This document shows positions 26,601 through 38,168 of a stretch of 64,000 nucleotides of DNA, in pieces. Numbering within the stretch: position 1 is the stretch's first letter; the number at the start of each line of letters is the position of its first letter. Origin of the DNA: Azolla caroliniana (taxonomy: Eukaryota > Plantae > Polypodiophyta); NCBI GenBank assembly GCA_043228905.1, contig JBHGNT010000009.1, positions 19,716,001 through 19,780,000 of the forward strand. Direction: 5' to 3'. The notes beneath the pieces are model-generated. The model did not search any database. It was not told the DNA's origin and worked only from the letters and a program-made list of their open reading frames with translations. The position numbers and the translations under genes were made by a program.

Positions 26601-29195
26601 CCATTTACGGATGGAGTTTTGAACACAGTCGCCGGCCATGAGGTATACAGTTTCTTAGACAGATTCAACGGATACAACCAGATCCGGATGCACCCCGATG
26701 ACCAGGAGAAAACCGCTTTCGTCACTGAAAGGGGAGTGTTTGTTGCCGTAGTGATGATGTTCGGACTAAAAACGGCGTCGGCAACGTTCTAGAGGATCAT
26801 CATGGAAATATTCGGAGAATTCATACTGGCGTTCATGCAGGTGTTCCTCGACGACTTCGCCGTTTACAGCCAGGAAGGAGACCACCTTCAGCACCTCCGA
26901 CTGTGTCTAGAAAAGTGTAGGGCTTACCGGCTAAGCCTAAATCCAGCGAAGTGTGTTTTCGGCGTGTCCAGCGGAACGCTACTAGGGCAAATTGTGAGCA
27001 AGGAGGGCATCGTCATGGATTCAGACATAGTAAAAGCAATCCTGGAGGCACCGGCACCAAAAACGGCAAAGATATTGAGCCATTTCTTAGGCCAAATCCG
27101 TTGGCATAGCCGAATGCTCCGGTATTTGGCGGACCTAGCTACACCACTGCATGTTGCGGTACACCGTGGACCGACACCGAAGACAAGGCGTACCGGGCAC
27201 TCAAAGTTCTATTGTCGCAAGCGCCGGTAGTGCAACCCCCGGATTGGGCGAAGGAATTTCATGTGTTCGTGGATGCGTCCGACATTGCAATCGGGAGTGC
27301 GCTAATGCAACTTACGGAGCCAAGATGGTACCGGCCCGTATATTACGCAAGGCAGAAGTTATCCCAAGCCGAACGAAATTATTCCACCACGGAAAGGGAA
27401 GCTTTAGGCATGATCTACAACGTAACAAAATTCAGGCATTATTTATTGGGAAGAAAGTTTTCCTTCCATGTAGATCATTTGGCACTCCTCTACCTAGTAT
27501 CCAAAGCGTCACTTACCGGTACAAGTTGGCCCGGTGGACTTTGCTATTACAGGAATTCGAATTCGAGATATTCCACCGACCCGACATACAGCATGCGGTA
27601 GTAGATTATTTAAGCCGGTTAGATTCCGGCGAAACCAGCGACGGAGTACCGGACGAGTTTCCAGATGCTGAGCTATTTCGAGTCACCACGGAAACGGCAA
27701 CAGATGAAACGGTGGCATCAGAAGAAAGTGGCTAACAAATATGCACCAATTTCTGAGCACCGGATTGCCTCCGGAGGAGATGAACCGGGACGAGAGGAAA
27801 CACCTGGCGGTACAAAGCCGGCACTTCTGTTTATTACGGGACATGTTATACCACAAAGGTGCGGACGGTATATGGCGACGAGCGGTGCGCAGCGACGAGA
27901 AAGAGGTAATACTACGGGAAGCACACTGCGGAGTCGCGAGAGGCCATTATGCCGGGGATGCTACGGCAAGGAAGATATGGCAAAGTGGCCTATGGTGGCC
28001 GACTACATTGAAAGACGCAGTCCAGTACGCAAAAGAGTGTGATCTATGCCAACGAATGGGCCAGCCAACGGAACAAGCTAGGATGCCGCACCAGCCAGTA
28101 CTACCGCTAGAACCATTTCAGAAATGGGGACTGGATTTTGTCGGACCATTTAAACCACCGGCAATGAGAATTGGCAACCGGTATGTGATCGTCGCGACGG
28201 GCTATTGCACTAAATGGGTGGAAGCCAAAGCCCTACAAGACAACACCGCGGCGTTGACGGCAAAATTCTTATACGAATACATTTGGTGCCGGTACGGATG
28301 CCCCATAGAGCTGATAAGTGACCAAGGAGGGCACTTTCTTGGACAGGTAGTGGAGAGCTTGACGTCATTCTATGCGGTAGTACATAAACGGAGCACCCAG
28401 TACTACCCACAAGCCAACGGATTAGCTGAGTCAACAAACAAAACGCTACAAAATATCCTGCACAAGATCGTCAATGAGAATCAGACGGATTGGGACACGA
28501 AGCTGCACAGTGCACTTGGGGCTTACCGGACAGCATACAAAACGAGAATCCGAACAATGTCGTTCCGGTTAGCATCCGGATTAGAGGCAGTCATGTCGGT
28601 CGAGTTCCAGGTACCGAGCTTACGGATCCAGATTCGGGAACGACTTAATGAAAAGGAATCGGAGGCAATTCGGTTAAAGGCTCTGTGTGAACTAGAAGAA
28701 CACCGACTGGCGAGCATCATGCACCTGGAATTGGAACAACGGCGACGGAAAGCGTTTGTAGATCGGCACCGGAAGGGAAACGAAAAGATGTTCGAAGTCG
28801 GCAAGCCGGTACTAGTGTTCCAGACCCGGATGGGTAAAATGCCAGGTAAACTACGGTTTAGATGGACCGGACCGTACTGGATCACACACAGGTTCAATGG
28901 GTCTTACCAGTTAGGGACACTTGCCAGTGAAGTGCTAGGTAAATGGGTCAACGGATTTAGACTAAAGCCATACAAAGGACCTATGCCCAAGAACCCATTT
29001 GAACGAAGGACAGACACCGAATCGGACGCAGGCAGGCCAACCAAGACGGAAACCTGTGAGGAAAACGGCTACCACCAAGCCGGTAAGGAGGAGCACGAGC
29101 TGGCAACCGGGGAGAGCAAAACGACGGCAAACCGTCAAGAGGCCGGCAAGATGCGCGTTTCGGGTAAGGGTCCGGTAGGACCAGAGGTGAAGTAA
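23698..29195 (+). pseudogene. Gypsy H gag-pol (few stops and frameshifts)
   Basis: Gag with CCHC knuckles; PR IIDGGSSVNVI; RT RVCVDYRKLN, VFLDDF; RH FHVFVDASD..TEREAL; INT H-H-C-C, WGLDFVGP, ISDQGGHF, YYPQANGLAE, WTGPY. Confidence 0.92.
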
Positions 29196-29608
29196 CCTAA
29201 TAATCACATATTTAAAAAAATAAAAATAAAAATAAATCGAATGGAATCAAAGAAATCATGAAAAGGAGTGGTGGGAACGGCCATGCAAACGAGGAGTAAA
29301 GAGGCACTTCGAAAAGGTACGAGGAGGCTATGAATGGGGCATTAAAACACCGCCACATGGCACGTAATGCTATTATAATACACAACCTGCACACAAGTAG
29401 GCTCGAAAAAAGCGCCAAGATGCAGAGAGAAAAACCCCCACGCATCGAGACCTTCTTCTTTCGCGAACCAAGGAGAATAGAAGCAGACAGACGCATGAAG
29501 ATCAATCGAAGAGAGCTCGCGCACAGAGAACCCCCTCACTCAGAATTTTCTCTCTCACACTCTCACCATCGTCAAACCTCCCCAACGCTCTCCGACCTCG
29601 ACACAGAG

Positions 29609-32419
29609 ATGGACTACCAAACACTGTCTGAAGCCGCCAAGAAATGGCTACGGCAACACGGACTGGAGGGTTTCTTGACGATCATGGAGGCGGCGCCACA
29701 CAAGGAGGCCGAAACGATTATCAAAGAAATCGACACAGAGTTGATCACGGAGGAGGCGATCCATGCGTTAACAGGCCTTTCGGAGGGGGGCATCTACACG
29801 ATCGACAATCCTACCTCCGAGCAGCTCATCAAATATTTCGGTGAGTATTCTCTCACTAGCAAGGGCTACAGGACACAGGGCGGCGAAGATATGTTATTCC
29901 GCGAAATTGCCCGTGTACTCCATGAGTTCGACCACGTATACCCTCGACCCCCCGTTATGCCTCAGAACCGAGCAGGCTTGATCATCGCAACGTACGAAGG
30001 GGTCAAGGTGGATTGGCCGGTGTTGATCGCCGACGGATTGTGCGCGGCCATTGATATCGTAAGAGGTAAGGAAGGCAAAGAAGGCCGAAAAATATGGCAT
30101 GTGGTGACGCAATGGCTCACCCTATTGGTGCCACCTGTTGAGCCCGTCCAGACCAAGAAACGGGGAAGAGTACCCGACAGCATCCCGAGAGTTGCTTCAA
30201 AATGGCAACAGTTGTTGGCCTCCAAGGCCACTAATGGGAAGACGGCCGACGTAGAGAAGGCGGCAAAGGAGCGCGCCAGCCGGAAGCGGCCGACGGACAC
30301 GCACGAGGAGACACCGGCACGGCCACTGAAGAGCCCACTCCACCAACCAGTGCAGCGAGAAACGGACACCTTGGCGGCAAGAATGAATGTCGAGACTCAA
30401 GAGAAGGAAACGGAGGAGGAGCCTAGGGAGCACCTCCAGCAGCGGCCGGTGAAAAGGACCGCAGTATCAACCGGGAAGCGTTCAGACCCACAGAAGGATG
30501 GAACGCCTGCAACCCACACTGAGACTCCCACGCCAAGGGAGGCACCGGAACCGGTTCGGATGGAACCGGTCACAGAAGTCCCTGCACAACAGGTAGCACC
30601 GGCAAGCCCCGTAACTCAAGAGCCGGTTATACAAATGCCAACCTCCTCAGCCGGCCAAGAACAAGCAGACAAGGAGCGGCTAGCCGAAACACAACCGGAA
30701 CCTGAACGGCAGAGTGGTCAGTAGGTAGAGCCAGAATTGCTGCTCGACGCAGAATGGCGGGACCAACCACCGGCTAGTGAACTCATCAGCCAACCCGCCG
30801 TGCAGACGCAACAACAGGGCACCGGCAACCAATGGCTCCGGTGGATAGGAGAACAAATTGCCGGAGTAGTCGAATACATAGAGGCGGAAGAAAGAGCGCA
30901 AACAGAACGGTTGCTCGTCACAACCGATGAACTGGAGACGGCCCGTTCCAGAATCCGGTGCCTCGAACAAGACTTGGATCGGGTCACAGAAGACATGGCC
31001 AAAATGGCCTTAACAGCAACACAGATCCAATCACCGGTGACTCCGGTGGATGTACATAGGAATAAGACCCCGGAGACAGAAATTGTCCTGGAGAAAGATG
31101 CGGCGCAAGCCCAAGAGCTTGCTGACTTAAGAGACGAACTTGCCGCACAAGAAGCATTACGGAGCCGCGAACACGACTTGAAGAAGGCGGCCGAAGAAGA
31201 ATTAAAGAAGACTACTGAGAACCTCCGCCGGGTAGAGGAAAACCTGCGTAAAGGACATCAAGCTTACGACCGGCTAAAGGAGGAAAAAGAGAAATTGTTG
31301 CAGGAGAAAGACAAGCTGTGACGGATGGCGGAGACGGAAATAGAAAGGTTGAAGGAAGAACTCTGTCAACAGAAGGACCGAGAGGAGCGCACACGTCCGC
31401 AGATCAACCAGAGGCTGAAGCAGAAGACCGATGATTTTGATCATCTGCACCGGGACTACAAGCAGCGGGAGACGGAGTATAAGCAACAGCAGGAAAGGTT
31501 GGTCGAGCTCCAACAAGAAGTTGATAGGGCCACAACGGCACTCACCGACGAACGAGCGGAGAATTCAAAGCTATTGGAGGAAGCGGCGATGGATCGAATG
31601 GAGCTCCACAAGAAGAACCATGAAGAAAAGGAAAGAGTGACAATGGTGTTACAGAGGTTGCAAACAACCTATCAAAGTCAATTGTCGCATTATAGGGAGC
31701 AGGAGGCGGACACAATCAGAATCATCAAGCAATTGAAAGAGGAGCGACAAGCCGCGGAGAACAAATCACGGATGGGAACCGAACGGATCCAGTGCATCCT
31801 CCGAGCATGGCTCACCAAGACCAAATGCTTGATTGACGAGAGCTCTGTGCAATGGTGGACGAAATGGGCGCAGAATATGGTGAAACTCCAATTGCTCAAG
31901 GCGGACATGGAAAACCGGCGGAAGGAGGGTGACGACTGTTATACGCTGACATCGGAGGACTTCACCGCCATAAGGGATGAGCTGGCCAAAGATTTCACAG
32001 CCCTAGCGAATGAACAATTGGTGCAGGTCCGGCAGCTCATAGCTCAACTGAACGACAATCGGTTGGAGGCTCAAATCCAGTTTGAGAGCTATGAGCAGTC
32101 CCGACTCCGGGAAGAAAAAGCAAGGAAGGCGGCAACGGTCAACCTTAGTGATGAGGAACCATCGCCGGTACAAGGACCAAACGGGGACCAGGCTGGGATC
32201 AGTCAACCAGCGACAACTCCGACAGAGGAGACAACGAAGGAAACGCCGGTGCCAGAGCAACAAACGGAGCAGCAGCCCCAAACAGAGAAGGCACAAACAG
32301 AGCAGCCACCGCAGCAGCCACAAACGGAACAGTAGCCACAGCAACAACAACAACAGATTCCTGACGAGCCATTGGAAATTCTAGAGCAAAGCATTCTGGA
32401 CATTTTGGACGAAGAGTAG
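29609..32419 (+). pseudogene. Extra ORF of Gypsy H (~936 codons): globular N-domain, acidic/Pro-rich linker, long coiled coil; three single in-frame stops
   Basis: ORFs 29330..30724, 30737..31321 and 31325..32335 plus a tail to TAG 32419 are all in one frame. The internal stops (30722 TAG, 31319 TGA, 32333 TAG) are each one C>T change from CAG/CGA. Confidence 0.8.
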
Positions 32420-33556
32420 CAGGGCCGAATAATGGGGTCAACGTACAAGGTACTGTCCCACGGGCATGCCATGTGTTACCCAGCCGACAAGAAGGCTTAA
32501 GGATGTCCAGACCAGAGTGTGAAAGGAATAGTTTATTCGGGAACTGTTATAATTATTTTATTAATATGGACGGACGGACCAGAATCGGTATGCCGATCCG
32601 GATCCGGACCGATTCCGAATAGGTGCCGGTTGGCACTGTTTTGTACTTCGCACCGGAGACCTATATAAAGGCCCGGTTACAATGTAATTGACAGCGGATA
32701 ATTAATAGAACTTATTGCCTTAATCTTTCAGTATTGATTACCGTTCTATACTCATTGTTATATCTTACGCGTGTTAATGATGTATTGCTAACCAACCGAT
32801 TAAGGTCTAATTAAGCGTCGGGTCGTAAGTCATCATGCCGTAACACCCTTTGGTGAAGTGTCTTAAGTGGACACCCTATGTTAGGCTATTGTCCGGCCCC
32901 TAGGATTAACATGCCCAGGTGGCCTATCTGATTGCTTCACTAGCATCATTGGTGTAAAACAAAGTTGGCCCCTATCACCAACACTTTTTGGGATCTACAT
33001 TGATGAGATCACTGATTTTATTCCTTGTAAGGGAGGCAACGGAGTAGTCATTGGGGGGTACGCAAGTTAGTCTCTTACTCTATGCAGAAGACATAGTTTT
33101 GCTCTCGGAGTCTGAACACGACCTACAAAAGCACCTTAATGCCCTAGATGACTTTTGCACACAACAAGGATTGGTAGTGAACTAGAGAAAATAAAGTCCT
33201 TATCTTTCATACATCGTCTCAAGTTAGAAGTAAATGTTACCTAATCCTCACTCATAAACTAGTTGACGTAATTGGATCATATGTATATTTGGGAGTTACT
33301 TTTAGTGCTCGCTCAGGTAATTTCTCGATGGCCCAAGCAGCCAAAGATAGGCTAACGAGAGGGTATGCATCCCTCCCACTTTTAGAGAGACAATGCCACC
33401 ATACATACTTTCAAGAGCCACGGACTAAGGGATGGCTCTTCGACTCATTAGTGACCCCTTCCTTCATGTATGCATCAGTACTTTGGGCCCCAAGTCTACC
33501 ATCTTTCATGTGGATACAATTAGACAGACCTTTGGTGACGATGTTATCACGTCAAC

Positions 33557-34091
33557 TGTTGGGAATTCGGTCCCTCTGGATGGGATCCGGAAACCGGATC
33601 AAATGGATCCGAAAGGTATCCGGATGGATCCGGTATGAACCGGATCCATGGACATATCTGTAAATATGTTTCTGATGTGCTTGTCATGGCTATATTTGTA
33701 AATAGTCTTAAATTCATATAAGTATAAATATGACTTAGGGCAATCACTTCTATAAGTAGTGTTGTTGTAGTTGTTGTCATTATTATTGTTGTATAGACTA
33801 AGAGAGCTTGAGAGAGAGAGAGAGAACGTGAGATACAGAAAGCTTTTCTGTTGTAACCGCCGGTTGGCGAAGATATAGGGCTCGAGGTCGTTGCCTCTGA
33901 TTCTCGCATTGTATCCTCTCCTTATAGTGATAGTTGGAGTCAGTGGGCTTCCGTGGTTTTTCCCTATTAGGGTTTTCCACATAAATATCTTGTGTCCTCT
34001 ATGTTGTCTATGTAAGTGTTTTAATCTCCTTTTATGTTTTGTTCTTCCATTAAGTTTAAGATTCGGTTGTTGCCGAGCGTGATTTCGCACA
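33557..34091 (+). mobile_element. Solo LTR D3
   Basis: TGTTGGG...TCGCACA; exact TSD TCAAC (33552-33556 / 34092-34096); shares CCCTCTGGATGGGA, GCTATATTTGTAAATAG and ATATGACTTAGGGCAA with D1/D2. Confidence 0.9.
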
Positions 34092-35062
34092 TCAACTCCG
34101 AAGCAAATCAACAATACCACATGACATTATTAGAGGAGATTTCACTTTGCCCCTGATGTTAGTAGAAACACTTTTCCAAGTTGTAGTTTTTAGTCATAGG
34201 ATACATAGCCAACCACAAGATAGGATATCTCATCAAGCTTTTGAGGCATCCCGATCCCTATATGCGTCCGGAGATACTAGCTCTTGGTATAGCACTGTAG
34301 TGAGTTGGTTACTTGCAAATGGCATAGACATTAATAACCTACCTCCCCTTAAGTACAACCATGGGACTAATAAAACTTTAATCTCTCATGAGGACCGTAA
34401 TAAGCAAATTTACACTCGATATAAATGGATCACCTTACGAGAGACACTCCCATCTAAAATGTTTTACTATAAGGAACACTTCATGGACTTCTCTAAGTTA
34501 GGTTTTATTACACAACCAAAATATCTAGATACATTCTTATTAAATGCACTAAGGGTTGTCATTGGACAACTTAGGATATCATCTCACCAACTTGAGATTG
34601 AGAATGGTCATACTAATAGAGTCCCTAGAGAGAAAAGGATATGTAGATTATAACACATAGAGATAGAGGATGAGTATCACTTGACAAGCAAGGGTCCAAC
34701 TTACTCCGAGATAAGGGTGAAATACCAAGACATACTAGGACCCTCTCCCACCCTCTCCAAACTATTAGATACCCCAAACATAAAGAGACTAGGTAGGTAT
34801 ATCTTAGAGCTAAAACAACATAGAGAGAATAAGCTACAAAATGTTAACCATAACCATTCTAATATTCACCAACATGTAACTAATGAAACTTTTCATGAAC
34901 AAGGGGAGATTATGAATGTGGACACACCTACACCACTCGGCCTCTCCCTTGTTGAAGCAAAAAAGCAAAGAACAACCAAACGCTCTCGGATGTCGGGCTT
35001 CAAAGCAACTCGACGTGGAGTAGAAACGATTAAGAAGTTAAGGGAACATGATTGTGCCACCT

Positions 35063-38000
35063 AGAAGCTATGGACCAGACGGCGAGATCGGATACCAACT
35101 CTGAGACTCCGAGAACAGACAAATCGTCCAAAGTTCAGACGTTGTGTTCAATGAGTCGACTATGCATAAGACGGCCGAAAGGTCTATTGAAGTTTGAAGG
35201 GTAACTTTCTCGGAAGTGTCGACCCTTCATGATGGCCCCACCCATAACACAAGGTCGGCTTCACGGGTAGCCGAAAACTCTAGCACCATGTCGTGAATAT
35301 TTCCGGCTATGGTGAGAAAACCGGGAGGGACAAATAAAATGGGGATGTGCAACATTGCACATGCACTTGTAAATTTGCATAATAAGAATAAGTAAACAAA
35401 TGTAATGGGAAGGGTAATAATCTAAGGTGATAAAGGTGCACCACGAAGTTCGTAGAGGCATAAATGTGATGTGCACTTTGTAGAGTAGAATGAGTAGTGG
35501 GCATTGAGAGTGAATGTGATAGGAGGGAGAGAGAGAGTTAAGGCCCACCGATTTAAGATCAAGGGAGATATTCCCCATTAAATGAAAGGGGATTTGACTC
35601 CCTCTTGTAATGTGCTCACCCCTTACTACTATAAAAGGGAGTGAGGAATCACTTGTGAAGGGGTTGCCTATTTTGAGTGAGAGAGGTATACCACTTAGGT
35701 CGAGGGTTCCTTTTGGGGTTTTAGGGTTTCGTCTAGGGTTTTACTATTCTTCTTCTTCTTCATACCATTTCGGGTTTAGGGTTTCGCTTAGGGTTGCTTC
35801 TTCATCATCTTCTTTACTTTACTTATCCGGTTAGGGTTTTCTTGTAATCGTTTTGGTGCGGCCTATGCGGTCTTGGTTGTAATCGTTCATGGAATCTTAA
35901 TATAACTTGTTGTATATCTTGCCTCCATCTATTCTATTCTATTCTATGTTTATGTGTTATTCTTCCTCTTCTCCTCTTGAGCTAAGCTTCCATTTTGTGT
36001 CTTATTCCTTCTCCTTTGCTCCCGAGTCCAAGACCCCCGTGGTCCCGCCTCGGATCCTACACGTACTCGCGGAATACCGTGATACCGAATCAGCTAATTC
36101 AACAAAACCAAAGCATCCAAATCATCCGACCTAGACACCCGATCAGGCTAGCCCAGTCATACCAAGAAGATCCGAAAGACTGTCGCAACCTCCGGAGAGG
36201 TACTCCCCTGGAATCTTGTTTATAGACACCGGTGAACCCACGTCATATGAAGAAGCATCGGCATGCCCCGCTTCGGCCACCTGACACTTGGCGATGGAGT
36301 CAGAGATTAACTCCATCCGGCACAATAAAACATGGGACTTAGTAGAACTACCAAAAAACCGACGTGCTCTTCCGTGCAAATGGGTATATCGACTCAAAGA
36401 GACGTCGGATTCACCATGTCCCAAGTATAAGGCCAGATTCGTCGCGAAGGGTTTCCAACAACAATATGGCGTCGACTTCGATGAGATTTTTTCACAAATG
36501 GTGAAAATGACCACCCTTCGGTTCCTACTCGGCGTAGTGGCAACCAAGGACTTAGAGCTTATTCAGTTAGATGTGAAGATAGTCTTCCTCCATGGTGATC
36601 TAGAGGAGGAAATTTACATGGAGCAGCCAGCCAAGAGCATCTAGTCTATTGACTCAAGAAGAGTCTTTACGGCCTAAAGCAGGCAACCCGGTAGTGGTAT
36701 AAGAAGTTCTTCATCCAATCAGTCGGCCTCTCCAAGTGCAATGAGGATCACTGCCTCTTCATGAAAACAGCTCAAGATGGGTTTCCCATCCTCATCATCT
36801 TATACGTGGACGACATGCTACTCTCCGGTTGGCATGCTGGAGAGCTTGTCGATCTTATTCAGCAACTACGGTTGAAGTTCGCAATGAAGGATCTAGGTCC
36901 TGCTCGACACATTCTCGGAATGAAGATCAATTGGCTCCAAGACAAATTTTTTTGTCTCAAGCCGACTACATCAAACATGTCTTAGAGCACTTCAACATGC
37001 ACTCGGCCAAATCTACTTCGACCCCGCTCCCCATTAATCTTTAGTTGTCTCAGCGAGACTTCCCTACATCGGATCTAAAGGGGGAAGATATGAAGACGAT
37101 ACCATATGCACCGGCAGTCGGCTCCCTGATGTACACGATGGTCGCGACACGGCCTAACATTCCTCACGTCGTAGGAGTCGTCAGAAGATTCATGCACAAC
37201 CCATGCCGATTGCATTGGAATGTAGTCATGCATGTATTCAAATACCTGATGGGCAAACAAGACCTTGGCATCCTCTTTAGTCCGAACAAGAACTCAAGCG
37301 TAGTTGGTTACACCGACTCAAACTTTGCCGGTTGTGTGGACAGTCGAAATTCAACAACCAGATACTACTTCAAATTTGGCAATGGAGCAATTTCGTGGAA
37401 GTCAAAACTTCAAGATTGCACGGCCACTTCAACGACTGAAGTTAAATACGTAGTCACATCCGATGCGGCAAAAGACACTCTATGGCTCGGTCAGCTAGCA
37501 TGTACGTTTCGACAAGCCGACCCCAATTCGGCTCTAGTTGTCTACAACGACAGTTAGGGAGTTGTTGCTCTGTCGAAGAATCTGGTTCATCACAATGCCT
37601 CCAAGCATATCGACGTTCGGTATCACTTTGTTCAGGACTGTGTAACTTCAGGGAAGCTTGGCCTCGAGAAGATCTCCACGACCGACAACATAGCAGACAA
37701 GATGACCAAGTGCCTCGTACTTGATCGATTTCAGTCACTTTGGTGCCTAATGGGCTTAAGGAGTAATCAATCTAATCGAGTAGGACGTGTCTCTTTATAT
37801 AACCCGTATCTTCTGTTTTATATTACAGGTCTCTCCTTAGTGTATACGACCATTACGGGGGAGTGTCGAATGCAGGTGTCTAATGGTTGTATTCACACTG
37901 TCCCTTGGACAAACTAGGTTTAGGACAATTCTATAAATATGTCAAAGGGCAGTTGCCCTAGCTCAATTAGTATATAACTGACTTTGTAACCTAGCTCATA

Positions 38001-38168
38001 AGGTTGTTGCCTCCATTTGTTATAACACAGTTACATCTTGTGTGCCATTCTTTGTCTCTTCTTCTCTTTCACTATGTCTCTTTGATCTTGCTCTACCTTG
38101 CTAACTCAGTGATCTTCTAAGCATAGATGTTGTTCTTGTTTCTGCACTGACGGTCTCAGACTCCAACA
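35063..38168 (+). mobile_element. Ty1/Copia J, 3' half only (INT tail, RT, RH, 3' LTR)
   Basis: INT tail YGPDGEIGYQL*D..SSDVVFNE at ~35068-35155; RT 36288-37044 (NKTWDLV, QLDVK, LYVDDML); RH 37045-37750 (YTDSNFAG, KHIDVRYH); PPT GGGGGAG; LTR 37864-38168 (TGTCGAA...TCCAACA). Confidence 0.85.
35289..36084 (+). mobile_element. Solo LTR K (related to the Gypsy A LTR)
   Basis: TGTCGTG...CGTGATA (decayed CA); the host frame S-T-E-S-A rejoins across it with an imperfect ~4-bp duplication; its 3' end shares CCCC(A/G)TGGTCCCGCCT(C/T)GG with the A LTR. Confidence 0.72.

Larger units (their letters stand above)
23229..32911 (+). mobile_element. Ty3/Gypsy H (non-chromoviral, Athila/Tat-like organisation) with a long extra ORF after pol
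   Basis: LTRs at 23229-23642 and 32474-32911; exact TSD TGCCC (23224-23228 / 32912-32916); PBS-like TGGCAACCAC at 23650; gag-PR-RT-RH-INT at ~23698-29195; extra ORF at 29609-32419. Confidence 0.95.
22375..35060 (+). mobile_element. Non-LTR retrotransposon (LINE, RTE/RTEX-like) ORF2 remnant in four pieces: 22375-22657, 23056-23228, 32917-33556, 34097-~35060
   Basis: Manual translation gives LAPFLTLIFN..PIHKG..YRTIMI..AGFR..STIDHIF | CFMDFHKAFDTV | GVKQ..PLSPTLFGIYIDE..LLLYAEDIVLL (YADD site at 33081) | YLGVTF | LRISSHQLEIE..RICRL*..EDEYH. The pieces join exactly across the TSDs of G, H and D3. Confidence 0.88.

Noticed and set aside
29609-32419. Calling the extra ORF a retroviral env, or invoking programmed stop read-through
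   Set aside because: No visible signal peptide or transmembrane anchor; the stops match the C>T decay seen throughout gag-pol.
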